A stretch of 64,000 nt of DNA from Eledone cirrhosa (taxonomy: Eukaryota), in assembly GCA_964016885.1 (NCBI GenBank), contig OZ024740.1:314836001-314900000 (forward strand). Direction: 5' to 3'. Every line of letters starts with the position of its first letter. Position 1 is the first letter of the stretch. Shown here in pieces: positions 16,580-29,184 of the stretch. The translations under genes were made by a program, and so were the position numbers. Under the pieces are notes generated by a model, which saw nothing but the letters and a program-made list of their open reading frames with translations, did not search any database and was not told the DNA's origin.

Positions 16580-16960
16580 TCCGAAATGAGGTTTCCCCGA
16601 AGGGTTTTTGGGGTAAAGTTACTCGATAGAGTGCGTAACTCGGAGATCAGAGAGTCACTTTAGCTAAAGCCACTACTTCTCCGAATTGAGAGATTACAGC
16701 TCCGGTACTATGGGCATGTGGTTAGAATGTCTCACGAAAGAATCACTGGACAGATTTTACGAGCAAAACCAAACAACAGGAGAACAAGGGGTAGACCCCC
16801 CCCCCCCCCCCCCCGAGCAAGATGGTTGGATAACATCTACGAGCTTGGCTGGTCTCGCTTGGGGATATAGCTGGTTGCTTCTGACAGGACCCACTGGAAG
16901 GAGTGTTTGAGGACTCTGTCCCACATAAATCTTTCAGGAATAAGTGAACGAAGAAGACTA
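16580..16960 (+). mobile_element. RTE-clade LINE 3' fragment (same family, opposite strand)
   Basis: gaaatgaggtttccccgaagggtt...ttactcgatagagtgcgtaactcggagatcaga is homologous to 16140-16450. Confidence 0.75.
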
Positions 16961-17504
16961 TCGATTGCCATTGCTTAGGTGACTATCAATTACATACGAA
17001 GCCCCGTTTAGTCAGCATGTTAAGCGATATATGAGTGAGAGATCCTTCCAGCCGCAACCATCCCGTCTATTTTCCCATATGCAGAGAACCCAACACTATG
17101 TTGTTTAACTTTATTTTAATAAGAAGTGAATTGATGAAATTTGGCTGCTATTTGTAGCAGGTCGAGAATGACTTTGATTATAGTTTTACACGCCGGTACA
17201 ACAAACGCCGAGAAGCTTTGAACGTAGCCATACACATGTGCTCACAGCTGCTTCTTGCTAATTTCCTCTAAATGTATGTGTATGTGACTGTAAAGATCGT
17301 GGGCATATGTTGTGTATGATCTGGGTGTGTATGTATATTTAACATAACCAAAGTATTTATATATTTATACACACACACACAAACACACACACATATATAC
17401 ATACATACATATATATGTGTGTGTGTATATATATATATATGTGTGTTTAAGTTGGGGATGTGTATATTTTCTATGACCAAAGTATATATATGTGTGTGTG
17501 TGTG

Positions 17505-17564
<60 letters not shown>

Positions 17565-17858
17565 AATATATATATATATACATACATATACACATGTATC
17601 AATGTAATTATGTATGCATCTGTTTCTTCTTTCTCTACATATATTCCGTTACACTTCTCTTAATTGCTAATATAGGTGGCGATTGCTATAAACAAACAAC
17701 TTTGCTACTAATGTGTAACACGGTTAATTTACTATGTATCAAAACATACTGTTCTTGTGTGTGTATCTATACTGTGTACACACATAAGAACATATATGTA
17801 GACATGTATGTGTGTGTATAGATACATATGTGTTTATATATCTGTGCGTGTGTACGCA

Positions 17859-17920
<62 letters not shown>

Positions 17921-17923
<3 letters not shown>

Positions 17924-18112
17924 GAAAATGTTTGACCCCGACGGCAGAGCTCAAGCCCTTCTCGACGGCTATTTCTGGACAGAAATAGCCGTAGAAACGG
18001 CTTGAGCTCTGCCGTCGGGGTCAAACATTTTCCTATTACCCACTCTACTACCCTAAGTATTGAGTACTCTGGTGCGTTATGGTCCATCTGGTTCCTTACC
18101 ACTCTTCCTTCG

Positions 18113-18114
<2 letters not shown>
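17921..18114. repeat. Fold-back repeat family G, copy 2, between (TA)n tracts
   Basis: Hairpin at 17923-18033 plus a tail. Reverse orientation of 7601-7786. Confidence 0.85.
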
Positions 18115-18177
<63 letters not shown>

Positions 18178-18355
18178 TAATGATACTATTCATAGTTATG
18201 TATATACTATACTATAAACAACTATAAACAGGAAAGGTCAGTAATTTCCTACCACCTTATTACCAGTAAGAGAAATAACTCAATGTAAGAACATCAGGTG
18301 TTTTACAGAGCAGAAATATAAATTACACAAATATCAAAGTTATCTTCAAATCATT

Positions 18356-18409
18356 TAATCGCTGACAATTGTTTCTTCCAAACTTTAGTTTGGAATCATC
18401 GGAGCATTA
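18356..18409 (-). ncRNA. Hammerhead ribozyme family C (CCGAUGA variant) in the inverted pLTR
   Basis: Reverse complement of the motif at 22354-22407. Confidence 0.7.
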
Positions 18410-21400
18410 TCAATGTTTGTACATATAATTAACCTCCTATTCAACTGAACAATCATACAGATACATATATATTGATGTTGTGAACAACAGTTTAGTATTT
18501 ACAGGGTGTAATGGATGCGACATATATTATACAAGAATTGTACAATAATTAAAATTAAAATTAAAAGCACAGAGTGGAATACATGCGACAGATAATACAA
18601 GAGAATAGTCTAATAATTAAAGAGGCATTGAGAAAGAAGTACATATTCAAGCGTGTAGAGAGTGCACATGCGTTAGTCATATATATGAGAAGGAAACAAG
18701 CAAAGATATTAGGCATATATAAATACTGTATGGCAAGGTATTACATAAAATACAAGCACTTTAAGCGAATATGTTAGTGTATTATGGAGGATGTAATGCG
18801 ATGATAGTTTCTGTAGAGTTCAAATTTGTATGTGTGGAGAATATGAAAGTTATTGATTTCGTATCCATTACATATGTTAAATTATATTTTAGTTAATGTT
18901 TGTATCGAATGTTTTTAGTTAGTTTTAGTAATGGATTGTACATTAAGTGCAATAAGCATCGTAATAGAAACAACACCTTCTTAAACAACCATAACTCTAC
19001 TATTAAAGGATTTAATAAAAAAAAAAAATTATAGTACATGCAGATAAAACTAATAATATATATAGCTTAGATTACGATACATATAGAAAATTTATATATA
19101 AAGAACTACATAGGAGCTATAAGAAAACTACTATTAAAAACCTAGAAAATATAAATATAGAAGGCCGTAGTATAGTGTGTAAATTAGGACTTCAGAGACA
19201 TACCCAGCCATACACCCTAACCCCCAGAGATTCTCTCTGAAGGACCATAAAGAAGACTTCATTAGTAACCCTTCGATAAGACTAATCTGCCCTTCCAAAT
19301 CTGACATTGGTATTATCAGCAAGAAAATAGATAGAATCATCCCACAGGTTAAGCACAAAATATATCTTAACTAGTGGGGAAATACAGGTGAAGTTATTGA
19401 ATGGTTTAAGGATAGTAAAGAGAATAAATAAAAAATTTATACAATTTGATATCAATTCATACTGCATCTCTATTTTCCCTATCCTATTAAATAAGGCACC
19501 AATTATGGCCATGAACAATAGTGACCTGACTAGATCCCAAATTGATGTCATACTTGCGGCACGAAAAACCATAATTACATTTGAAGATCAATTATTGACC
19601 CGCAAGGATACGCATAACAACTTTGACATAACTATTGGATCTAGCGCAGGTCACTGATTTGGTGGGCCTATATCTACTAAATGAAATTCATAAGAACCTA
19701 CCCTACCTCAATGGTGGTTTATACCGCGATGATGCACTACTCCTTATAGACTATTAAAAATTTAATATAGAAAGAACTAGGAAACTATTACATAACATTT
19801 TCAAAAACTTCAATTTAAGTATCACCTTAGATAAAAACACTAAAACGTTAACGTCTTTGATGCTACCCTTTACCTAGACTCTAAAATATATACATCCTTT
19901 CATAAACTTAACGAAAAACTAGTTTATGTGGATACCAAGTCTAACCACCCTAAATCCATATTAAACTCAATCACTAAAGGAATATCTAATAGAATCTCTA
20001 ATCTATCATATAACGAAACCATATTTAACAATAATTCCCAATACTATAATCAGGCATTAGCTAAATCAGGTCATAAAAATGGGATTGAATTCCTACCTAT
20101 AAAATCACATAGTTAGAGCATTATTTCTCACAATATGGCCATGAGGAAAAATAATAAGAGTACTAGCCATTCTTATTCTAATACGAAAGGTAATATCAAA
20201 CTTAACTCGCACCAAAGTAAACATCACAATAATATTATAAACAGAAATACAGATACCTCAAAAGACATTACAAAAAACAAAAATAGAAGAACTAATACAT
20301 TCTTCAATCCCCCTTTCAATCTAAACGTCTCTACTAACTTGCCTAAGGCTTTCTTCTCAATCCTAGAAAAAACCTTCCCATCTGGCCACAAATACCATAC
20401 TCTTATAAATAAAAATACCATTAAAATCTCTTACTCTACCACACCTAACATCGCATACCATATGGCTAGTAGCAATAAAAGGAAGATTAATAATTATTTC
20501 CAACTAATTAAAACACAACAGGAGGTAAACTTACAGAACAACATAGTACCTATAAACCCTAGTAGCAATAGTAATAATGGTAATGGCACTAATGAAATCA
20601 ATAACAATAGGAACGACAACCATCATTACTCTAATGCTATCATAGCAACCAGACTTCTACACAACATAGCAACCTGCAAGCTAACATCCAAAATAAATGT
20701 AACTGTAGATCAAATAGAACTTTCCCATTAGGTAATAATTGCTTAATCAAAGATATCATTTACTCATGCACGGTCAACACAAACAACTCTTCTAAAACAT
20801 ATATTAGCTCTACTTCGAACTGCTTCAAGACGAGATACAACTCGCACCTCCACTCTTTCAAAAAACACAATCTAGCCAACTCCACTTCACTATCTAGCTA
20901 CATACACTCTCTGAAAACTAGGAATAGACCATATATACTTCAATGGGAAGTAGTAGGTATGGCTACATCGTATAAACTACCGAATAAATTATGTAACCTC
21001 TGTCTTCTAGAGACCCGTACTATAATCTTTTCGAAACTAAACCTCCTAAATAAAAAGTCAGAGGTGTTTTCCTCATGCCAGCACCACTACCCACACTCAT
21101 TCCATAACTTTAAACCTAGCCGCTAGTACATAACAATGTCAGATTTGAATTCCTCACCACCATTAACACTTTACCTCTAAGACTTTTCTTCCCCAACAGC
21201 ATCACACTCTTTGATCTGCTCTTTCCTCTACACAACTCCTATTTATCTCAAACATTATATTCTACAATAACTATTAGAAATAAACATATTAAAAGGTGGT
21301 GACTACTAGTCACCACCTTTTAATATAACTACTTTAGATTACTTATAATATATACAGTAATGGATATATAATATGTAGAGACATTAAATGTAATATGTGA

Positions 21401-22353
21401 CAATGAATTATATATACATTTATAATTAAATTTATAAATTAATAACATTGTATATAAAGGATTAAATTATTAACATAAGGAATTTATCTAATTGGACATG
21501 TAAACAGCTATACATTATTCCATATCTTGCCTAGTATTGGGTAGATAACAATCTAATGAAACCTTTAATATATTATGAGAGAGTAGACTGTATTTAGAAT
21601 TAAATATAAATATATAACATTATGTAAAAGGGATTCAATTGTGACACTATATAATGTCTATTAGAGCAAAGAATTTAAATAGTTTAATGAACTAGTTACC
21701 TCCCCTTACGCATTAGATCCCCTTAATTTTGGATCTCATATCTACTTCCGGATATTAAACCATTGGAAAATCTCGCTGTAGAACAACTCTAATCCATGAA
21801 TATGAATACAATAAGACCAATTTACAATCCATTACTATAACTAACTAAAAACATTCGATACAAACATTAACTAAAATATAATTTAACATATGTAATGGAT
21901 ACGAAATCAATAACTTTCATATTCTCCACACATACAAATTTGAACTCTACAGAAACTATCATCGCATTACATCCTCCATAATACACTAACATATTCGCTT
22001 AAAGTGCTTGTATTTTATGTAATACCTTGCCATACAGTATTTATATATGCCTAATATCTTTGCTTGTTTCCTTCTCATATATATGACTAACGCATGTGCA
22101 CTCTCTGCACGCTTGAATATGTACTTCTTTCTCAATGCCTCTTTAATTATTAGACTATTCTCTTGTATTATCTGTCGCATGTATTCCACTCTGTGCTTTT
22201 AATTTTAATTTTAATTATTGTACAATTCTTGTATAATATATGTCGCATCCATTACACCCTGTAAATACTAAACTGTTGTTCACAACATCAATATATATGT
22301 ATCTGTATGATTGTTCAGTTGAATAGGAGGTTAATTATATGTACAAACATTGA

Positions 22354-22407
22354 TAATGCTCCGATGATTCCAAACTAAAGTTTGGAAGAAACAATTGTCA
22401 GCGATTA
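22354..22407 (+). ncRNA. Hammerhead ribozyme family C (CCGAUGA variant) in the 3' pLTR of PLE1
   Basis: taatgct CCGATGA ttccaaact aa agtttggaa GAAA caattg TC agcgatta: perfect 9-bp stem II, palindromic CAATTG stem/loop III, GUC site. Confidence 0.75.
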
Positions 22408-22439
22408 AATGATTTGAAGATAACTTTGATATTTGTGTA

Positions 22440-22505
<66 letters not shown>

Positions 22506-24226
22506 TGACCTATCACAGTGGCTAAATACTTCCTCTGTTATTTCTTGGTTTAATAATATACAAGGTAAAAATAAGTGTAGATTTACCCAATTTGATATTG
22601 TTGATTTTTACCCCTCTATTACTGTTTTCTTATTAACTAATGCCTTAGATTTTGAAAGACCCTTCATTAATATTTCTAAATTAGAAGAAGACATTATCTT
22701 TCATGCTAGAAAAACTTTACTCTTTACTAATGAAAATATTTGGGTTAAAAAGTCAAACCCTGAAAACTCCTTTGATATTGCAATGGGTTCATATGACAGT
22801 GCGGATGTGTGTGACTTAGTAGGATTATTCCTTCTCCACACCCTCAAAGAGAAATAAACCATAATATCGATTTATACCGTGATGACGGATTGGCAGTTTC
22901 TCATACCATCAACGGCCATAACCTTAATAAATTCCGTAAAGATTTAATCAATACTTTTGCTAATCTTAACCTTAAAATCACTATAGATACGAACTTTACC
23001 AATGCTAACTTTCTTGATATTAATCTTGATCTACTTACCGCCTCTTTTAAACCCTATCATAAACCTAATGAAAATCTTAGGTATATACACAAAGAGTCTT
23101 GCCATCCCCCTATAGTTTTTAATAATCTTATTCCTAACATTAGCCGTAGGATATCTACCTTATCTTCGTCTATAGACATTTTTAATAAAGCCGCCCCTTA
23201 TTATAATAAAGCCCTTAAGAACAGCGGTTTTACAGAAACATTTTTTTATTTATCTACTCCCCCCCCCCCTAAAACTAACCACAATAATAGGAAAAGGAAA
23301 ATTATTTGGTTCACCCCCCCCCCTTCTCTCTAACTGTCAAAACTAATGTAGGAAGGAAATTCCTTGAACTCTTAGACAAACATTTTCCTTCTAATCATAG
23401 ATATTATAAGATATTTAATAGGAACGTAGTTAAGATCAGTTACTCTTGTTGCCCATCTATGAAGTCTAAGATCACTAGTTCAAATCATACGAGAACAAAT
23501 CTAGGATGCAGTTGCAGGAAGCCGGATGAATGCCATTGCAGGGTAAATGTAACACCAAATCTGTTGTTTATGAGGCTAAAATAACACCGGTAATCAACAA
23601 CCAGTCAGCCAGGAGTGAGCGATATGTCGGTATGACCCAGGACAGGGTTAAAACCAGATTTTACTCACATGTCGCTTCTTTTAAGCACTCCGATAAACGA
23701 ACATCAACGGCCCTCGCAAGTAAGGTGTGGGAATTCAAGGATAGTAACATCCCGTACTCTATCGATTGGTCTATCTTACACCATTCGAGGGAGTACCAAA
23801 GGGGCACAAAGAATTGTTCTTTGTGTACCACAGAAAAATATAGGATTTTGCTAAACTTGAGAGCCACTTCTGCTTGCCTAAACTCAAAGACTGAGATCTT
23901 CAGATGTTGTCCTCATCTGAAATCACATCCGATCTGTAACTGGATTGACACTCCTATGATAAATCAACCGCCTTGAACTCCTTCACTGCTCTTTACTTCT
24001 ACTACGGTTTTTTTATTTACTGAATCCACGTTCTGTACTCTTGTATTCTTTTTCTCCCTTATCTCCCCTTATATTTCACCTTTTCCTATGTCTCCCCCCC
24101 CCTATATATTCTTTTTGCCTTACCCTTCACATACCAAAATGTATGTGTGTGTATGTGTATATGTATATATATATATATATGTGTGTATATATATGTATAT
24201 GTAGATAGACCAGGTTTTTTTTTTCT

Positions 24227-24284
24227 AATTCTGAGAATTGAAGGCAACATTTCTTTGCTTTTAAGAAACCACTGGTGAATGGAA
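24227..24284 (+). ncRNA. Degenerate hammerhead ribozyme family B
   Basis: CTGAGAA ttgaaggca..tgcttttaa GAAA ccactgg TG aatgg. Core position G8 and the cleavage triplet are mutated. Confidence 0.55.
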
Positions 24285-24391
24285 TAATTGCCTTGTTGTT
24301 TATTACATTACTACTATATATATGTATATATAAGGTTCATATGAATTATCTAAGATTGAGTTTTACACACACACACACATATATATGTGTG

Positions 24392-24440
<49 letters not shown>

Positions 24441-25024
24441 GTTTGTATTTGGTTGGGCGTGTTTGTGATATGTACGTATTTGTATGTGTATAATTGTATA
24501 GCTATGTATGTATGTGTATGTGTATGTATATATATATATATATATGTGTGTGTATGTGTGTGTGTATTTATATATATGTATGTGTATATGTGTGTGTATA
24601 TATGTATATGTGTGTGTGTGCGTGTTTGTGTATGTATTTGTGTATGTATGTGTTTATGTATTTGTATATGTATATTTATGTGTGAGAGTGTGTGTATGTA
24701 TTTACTTTTTCTTACGTATGTGTACGTGCATTTGTGTGTATTGCTTACCACGCGTGTCTGTTCATCTACTCGTCGCATGTATCGCTGTCAACTGTATAAT
24801 TATTTTATTTTTTATGTATATTTTTTCTTATATTTATTTGCGTGTGTGAATATGTAGAGGTGTGTATATTTTTCTAATTTTGTACATGCATATGTACGCA
24901 TTTATGTATGTGTATGTATGTACATGTGTATATAGGTATGATTGTGTGCATGTATGTATGTATGTATGTATGTATGTATATGTATGTGTGTATGGCTATG
25001 TATGTGTATGTGTATGCATGTATG

Positions 25025-25058
<34 letters not shown>

Positions 25059-25234
25059 TATATTTATATTTCTATATATATATGTGTGTATATATGTGTG
25101 TGTGGTTGTATATATGTATGTGTTGTATGGATGTGTTGATATTTATGTGCGTTGTATGTATGTGTATATGTAAGTGTATGTGTGTATTTATATACACATA
25201 TATATGTGTATATGTGTGTGTGTATGTATGAGTG

Positions 25235-25273
<39 letters not shown>

Positions 25274-25417
25274 ATGTATACTTTTGTGTGTTTGTGTGTG
25301 TGTTTGCATGTGTGGTTTTATTTTATTTTTCCTTTCCTTCTTCTTTCTCCAGCCTCACTTTCATATAGATTGCATTTTTGTTTTTAAAATCCAAATTCAA
25401 TAAACAGACCAGGATTT

Positions 25418-25477
25418 TTTCATTCTGAGGATTGAAAGCAAAATTTTTTGCTTTTAAGAAACCACTGGTAAATGGAA
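25418..25477 (+). ncRNA. Hammerhead ribozyme family B (intact core)
   Basis: ttcatt CTGAGGA ttgaaagcaaaa tt ttttgcttttaa GAAA ccactgg TA aatgga. Confidence 0.8.
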
Positions 25478-25502
25478 TAATTGCCTTATGTTGTTTATTA
25501 CA

Positions 25503-25554
<52 letters not shown>

Positions 25555-25557
<3 letters not shown>

Positions 25558-25656
25558 GGTGTCCCCCAAAAATGTATACACACTTCAACAGCATTTTAAT
25601 AAATATTGCCTGTACTGGTAATCAAAGTGTGGATATATATTTTCGGGGACATCCTG
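25555..25656. mobile_element. Tc1/mariner MITE with TA TSD
   Basis: ta|cagggtgtcccccaaaaatgtat ... tatattttcggggacatcctg|ta. Confidence 0.75.
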
Positions 25657-25751
25657 TATACATATAAAGTGCGTGTGTATGCATGTTTATATCTATCTCT
25701 CTCTCTATATATATATCCGTGTGTGTGTGTGTGCAGGTATGGATGTTTATA

Positions 25752-27161
25752 AAAGGGTGCGGACGGTATTTGAGGACACATGCATTTTTACTCAGGGTCG
25801 GACGCCATGCTTTGACGCAAAGAGTTACGTCCCTTTACGATCTGAGTACAAATCCCGCCGAGGTTAACTTTGCCTTTCATCCTTACGGGGTCGATAAAAT
25901 AAAGTACCAGTAATGTACTGGGTATTTGCTAGCCTTGTGCCAAAAAGTAGAAACAATTATTTTATTTGACTAATTTTTATTTTCAGAAAATAACAATGAA
26001 AATAACTATGCTTACTAATGAAATGAAAAGGCATGCTGTGATTGTGGCTTTGAAGGCTAAGCATGGGCGTTTAGAAATTTCTCGTTTTCTGAAAGTTGCA
26101 TGATCTTTTGTCCACAAGATTCGGTGTGAGTTAGAGAAAGAAGATGGAAGCATATTACCTGAATCAAAACGTAAAAAAAACATTTCAAACGCTCTGATTC
26201 TATCAGGACACTTAATTTATTCAGGAAGTTAAGCAAAACAATCCAGGAAAATCAATGAAGTCAATTGCAAAACATTTTGGTGTGTCAGAAAGAATAATCA
26301 GAAATGTTGTGCATGAAGACATCAGCTACAAATCTTACGTGATGAGAAGAGGTCAATTCATGTCAGAAAAAACAAAAGAAAACCATTTAATCAGATCCAA
26401 AAGACTTTTGAACAAATTTAAAAATCCATCAGAAGATGGTGTGATTTGGTTTGTCTCAGATGAGAAAACTTTGACCAGGACCAGAAAATTAACAGAAGAA
26501 ATGACAGCTGGCTATGTGCAGACCCTTTTGAGGTTCCAAGAGTAATGCATACGCAATTTCCTGTAAGTGTCATGGTTTTGGGTGTTGTTAGCAATGAAGG
26601 ACATGTGATGCCTCCTCACTTTTTTTCCACAAGGCCTTAGGGTGAATGCTGCTGCATATATTGAGGTTCTGGATAAAGTTGTTAAACCTTGGATCAACAG
26701 TGTATGCAATGGAACGCCTTATCTCTTCAACAAGATTCTGCACCATCACACAAGGCTCAAATGACACAATAATGGATGGCCGTAAAATTGCATGATCACA
26801 TCACTCCTAACATTTGGCCTCCTAATTCGCCAGATCTCAATCCAGTGGACTACTGTGTATGGAGCAGTGTTGAGAAAAATGTCAATGAACACCCCCATAG
26901 CACAAAAGATGCTTTGAAAGCCGCCATAATTCGAGTCATGTCCGATATGAACAAGGACCATTTAATCCGAGCTTGCAAACGATTTCGACCCCGTGTAGAG
27001 GCAGTTATTGATGCTTATGGTGGTTTTATTGAATGAAATTATTAAATTGATAATTTAGCTTTATGTTTATGTTATTTTTATAAGAATACAGTTTTTTCTG
27101 TTATTATATAAGCGTTTTTTTTTAAACCATAAATCTGTCCTCAAATACCATCTGCACTCTG
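25752..27161 (+). mobile_element. Tc1/mariner DNA transposon, DD37D (maT) type, with pseudogenised transposase at about 26009-27036
   Basis: TIRs agggtgcggacggtatttgaggaca / tgtcctcaaataccatctgcactctg|ta; motifs SDEK and QQDSAPSH...WPPNSPDLNPVDY with 37 residues between D2 and D3; stops and frameshifts; SINE S1 inserted at 25796-25960. Confidence 0.9.
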
Positions 27162-27214
27162 TAGTATCTCTAGATTTGTATGCTTTCAGTTATGTGTGCA
27201 CGTACATGCATGCA

Positions 27215-27364
27215 TGTATGTATGTATGTATGTATGTATGTATGTATGTATGTATGTATGTATGTATGTATGTATGTATGTATGTATGTATGTATGTACG
27301 TATGTATGCACGTATGTATGTATGTATGTATGTATGTATGTATGTATGTATGTATGTATGTATG
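27215..27364. repeat. (TATG)n microsatellite
   Basis: Direct reading. A second tract lies at 27675-27741. Confidence 0.95.
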
Positions 27365-27439
27365 TTTTCTCTTTCTCTTAATTTCGAGTATATTTTTTTG
27401 ACCGGCCACCTTCCTGGTGGCAAGGTTGTAAAAGAAAAG

Positions 27440-27672
27440 AAATTGTCATCCCTTGAATCGCAAGAATGTTTTGCAAATTTTGAAGGTGCCAGCTATCGCA
27501 GCCATTTGTAGACTATGAATTAGGGAGCTGCGCTTTTTGTCCGCAAATCCAAGTTCAGTCATACTTTGGTCCAAGCGGGTTGGTATATAACCCGTAGCAC
27601 CAATAATGATGGGTATGAAGCTAAAGGTGTATCTTGGATACTGGATTTGTAAACTCCTCATCAATGGTCCGT
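27440..27672 (-). mobile_element. 3' fragment of an RLE-type (R2/R4/NeSL group) LINE
   Basis: YPRYTFSFIPIIIGATGYIP...LQMAAIAGTFKICKTFL. Confidence 0.65.
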
Positions 27673-28458
27673 AGATGTATGTATGTATGTATGTATGTAT
27701 GTATGTATGTATGTATGTATGTATGTATGTATGTATGTATGTCGCTCTCGAGTGCTACTGGTAACATGTAACCCAGTACAACCTGTCTAATGGTCGGTCG
27801 TCGGCGACTAAACTGGCAACCCCACCAAGTTAGCCTGGTGAAGGAGGTGATATTTAGACACCCTGCGGAATGAAATACAAGACCCAGCAAAGGGCGGAGG
27901 AACTCAGTCAACGGCCATCCAGGTAGTACTTTTTTTTCACCTGGGAGTGAAAGGCCCCCAATTGTTGTCACAACACTTTTCTAAGAGAGGGAGACTCTGA
28001 AAAACAAAACAACCTGCGGCTTCAGAAGCATCCGATGATATTAACAAGTGTCTTTTTCGGGTAGTGTTTTCGATGCTCAGTGAGTGGGATTGGTCGAGTG
28101 CAAGGCCTTTCCTCACTTAAAAAACCTTCAAAGCACAGGCATTGCTTGTTACAGGTTTGTGTGGCTAACCATAGCCTAAAAGTGCACCATTTTCTGTAAT
28201 CTGACAAGCGATTGCAATACTCTTAGCAGAATTTACAGCCATCATGTATGTGTATGTATAAAATTAAGAATGCTTTTCTGAAGAGGAACGAATTGAAACC
28301 AGTCCATTATGGCATCACGTCCAGCAAACAAGCTTCATTGTGTTGTCGCTAGGCAGTTATTTCAAGGTGAATATGACATTAAATCGCTTGTGAACATGTT
28401 CTGAAAAACCGAAAGAAAAAAAACCCTAACAGAAACTAAATTTTATTAAGAATACCCT

Positions 28459-28491
<33 letters not shown>

Positions 28492-28498
<7 letters not shown>

Positions 28499-28653
28499 TT
28501 TTATTAGGGCTGAATTGTGAGTCATGTTACTCTGGAGTTTCTCCTGTTTATCACAGTCATCAGACAAGAACGCTCTTGTCTGATGTCCCTGTAATAAACA
28601 GGAGAAACCTTAGAGTAACAACACTCACTATTCATCCTTAATAAAATGAATAT
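28492..28653. ncRNA. Fold-back palindrome with two degenerate hammerheads, family F (minus 28525-28568, plus 28576-28621)
   Basis: Minus: ttgt CTGATGA ctgtgataaacagga GAAA ctccagag TA aca. Plus: ttgt CTGATG tccctgtaataaacagga GAAA ccttagag TA acaa. Abuts (TA)n. Confidence 0.65.
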
Positions 28654-28867
28654 TAAAACTCTACTTCGGTATTAATTACCCTTTTCTCTCAGCCATAAAC
28701 CACATACAGATATATATGTACATTCTTATACAAACACACACATATATATATATATATATATATGTGTGTGTTTGTAATAATCTCAGACGCAGAGAGTAAC
28801 TGTAAATACAGTTGATTGATATAAATAGCGTTGAAATTCGGTATAGACGGAAAAAAAAGTTGGCTAA

Positions 28868-28940
28868 CGGTCGTCCAAGGAATCGAACCTTACATCTTAC
28901 AGATACCGTCTGACTGCTCTAACCATTGAGCTATGCGGCC
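28868..28940 (-). pseudogene. tRNA-like pseudogene or SINE head (GGT at the anticodon position, Thr-like)
   Basis: GGCCGCA TAGCTCAATGGTTAGAGC ... AAGG TTCGATT CCTT. The acceptor and anticodon stems contain mismatches. Confidence 0.65.
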
Positions 28941-29184
28941 CCTCACAACAACCGCCGTCTAAATTAGAAGCTAAATCAAACAGCTTTAAATGTGAACAAC
29001 ATCATTTTCTATGAACTTTATAATCATCTTCGGATTTTGCCAACGACGTTAACTAAAACCATTGTTGATCACAGTTCAATAACTAAAGCCAGCAAAATAA
29101 CAGAATATCCTTGATTGAATCCATGAAACGGTAATACATTTGGTGATTCTGCTATCACCTCGCTACTACTACTATCAACCGGAA

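Larger units (their letters stand above)
18316..22447 (+). mobile_element. Penelope-like element PLE1 (probably Naiad-type), 5'-truncated, with about 625-bp inverted pseudo-LTRs
   Basis: Decayed ORF at about 19225-21126: LKDHKEDF-like, IQFDINSY, FDITIGS, GLYRDDAL, KCNCR..FPLGNNC..IIYSC..TYISST (GIY-YIG), CNLCL, CQH. 18316-18940 is the near-perfect reverse complement of 21823-22447. Confidence 0.9.
22503..25508 (+). mobile_element. Penelope-like element PLE2, 5'-truncated, with tandem HHR-bearing 3' repeats
   Basis: QWLNT, QFDIVDFYPSI, FDIAMGSYDSADVCDLVG, YRDDGL, IIWFTPP, CSCRKPDEC, VVYEA...RYVGMT (GIY-YIG), CSLC, CPH; ORF ends at 23976. Direct repeats at 24205-24315 and 25405-25508. Confidence 0.9.

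Noticed and set aside
18574-22189. Duplicate 67-aa ORFs on opposite strands
   Set aside because: They are a by-product of the inverted pLTR, with no protein features.
20690-23976. Selenocysteine recoding as described for some Naiad PLEs
   Set aside because: The conserved Cys codons read here are TGT/TGC, not TGA, and no SECIS was recognised.
28868-28940. Functional tRNA-Thr gene
   Set aside because: The acceptor and anticodon stems are mismatched and the loop lacks U33.
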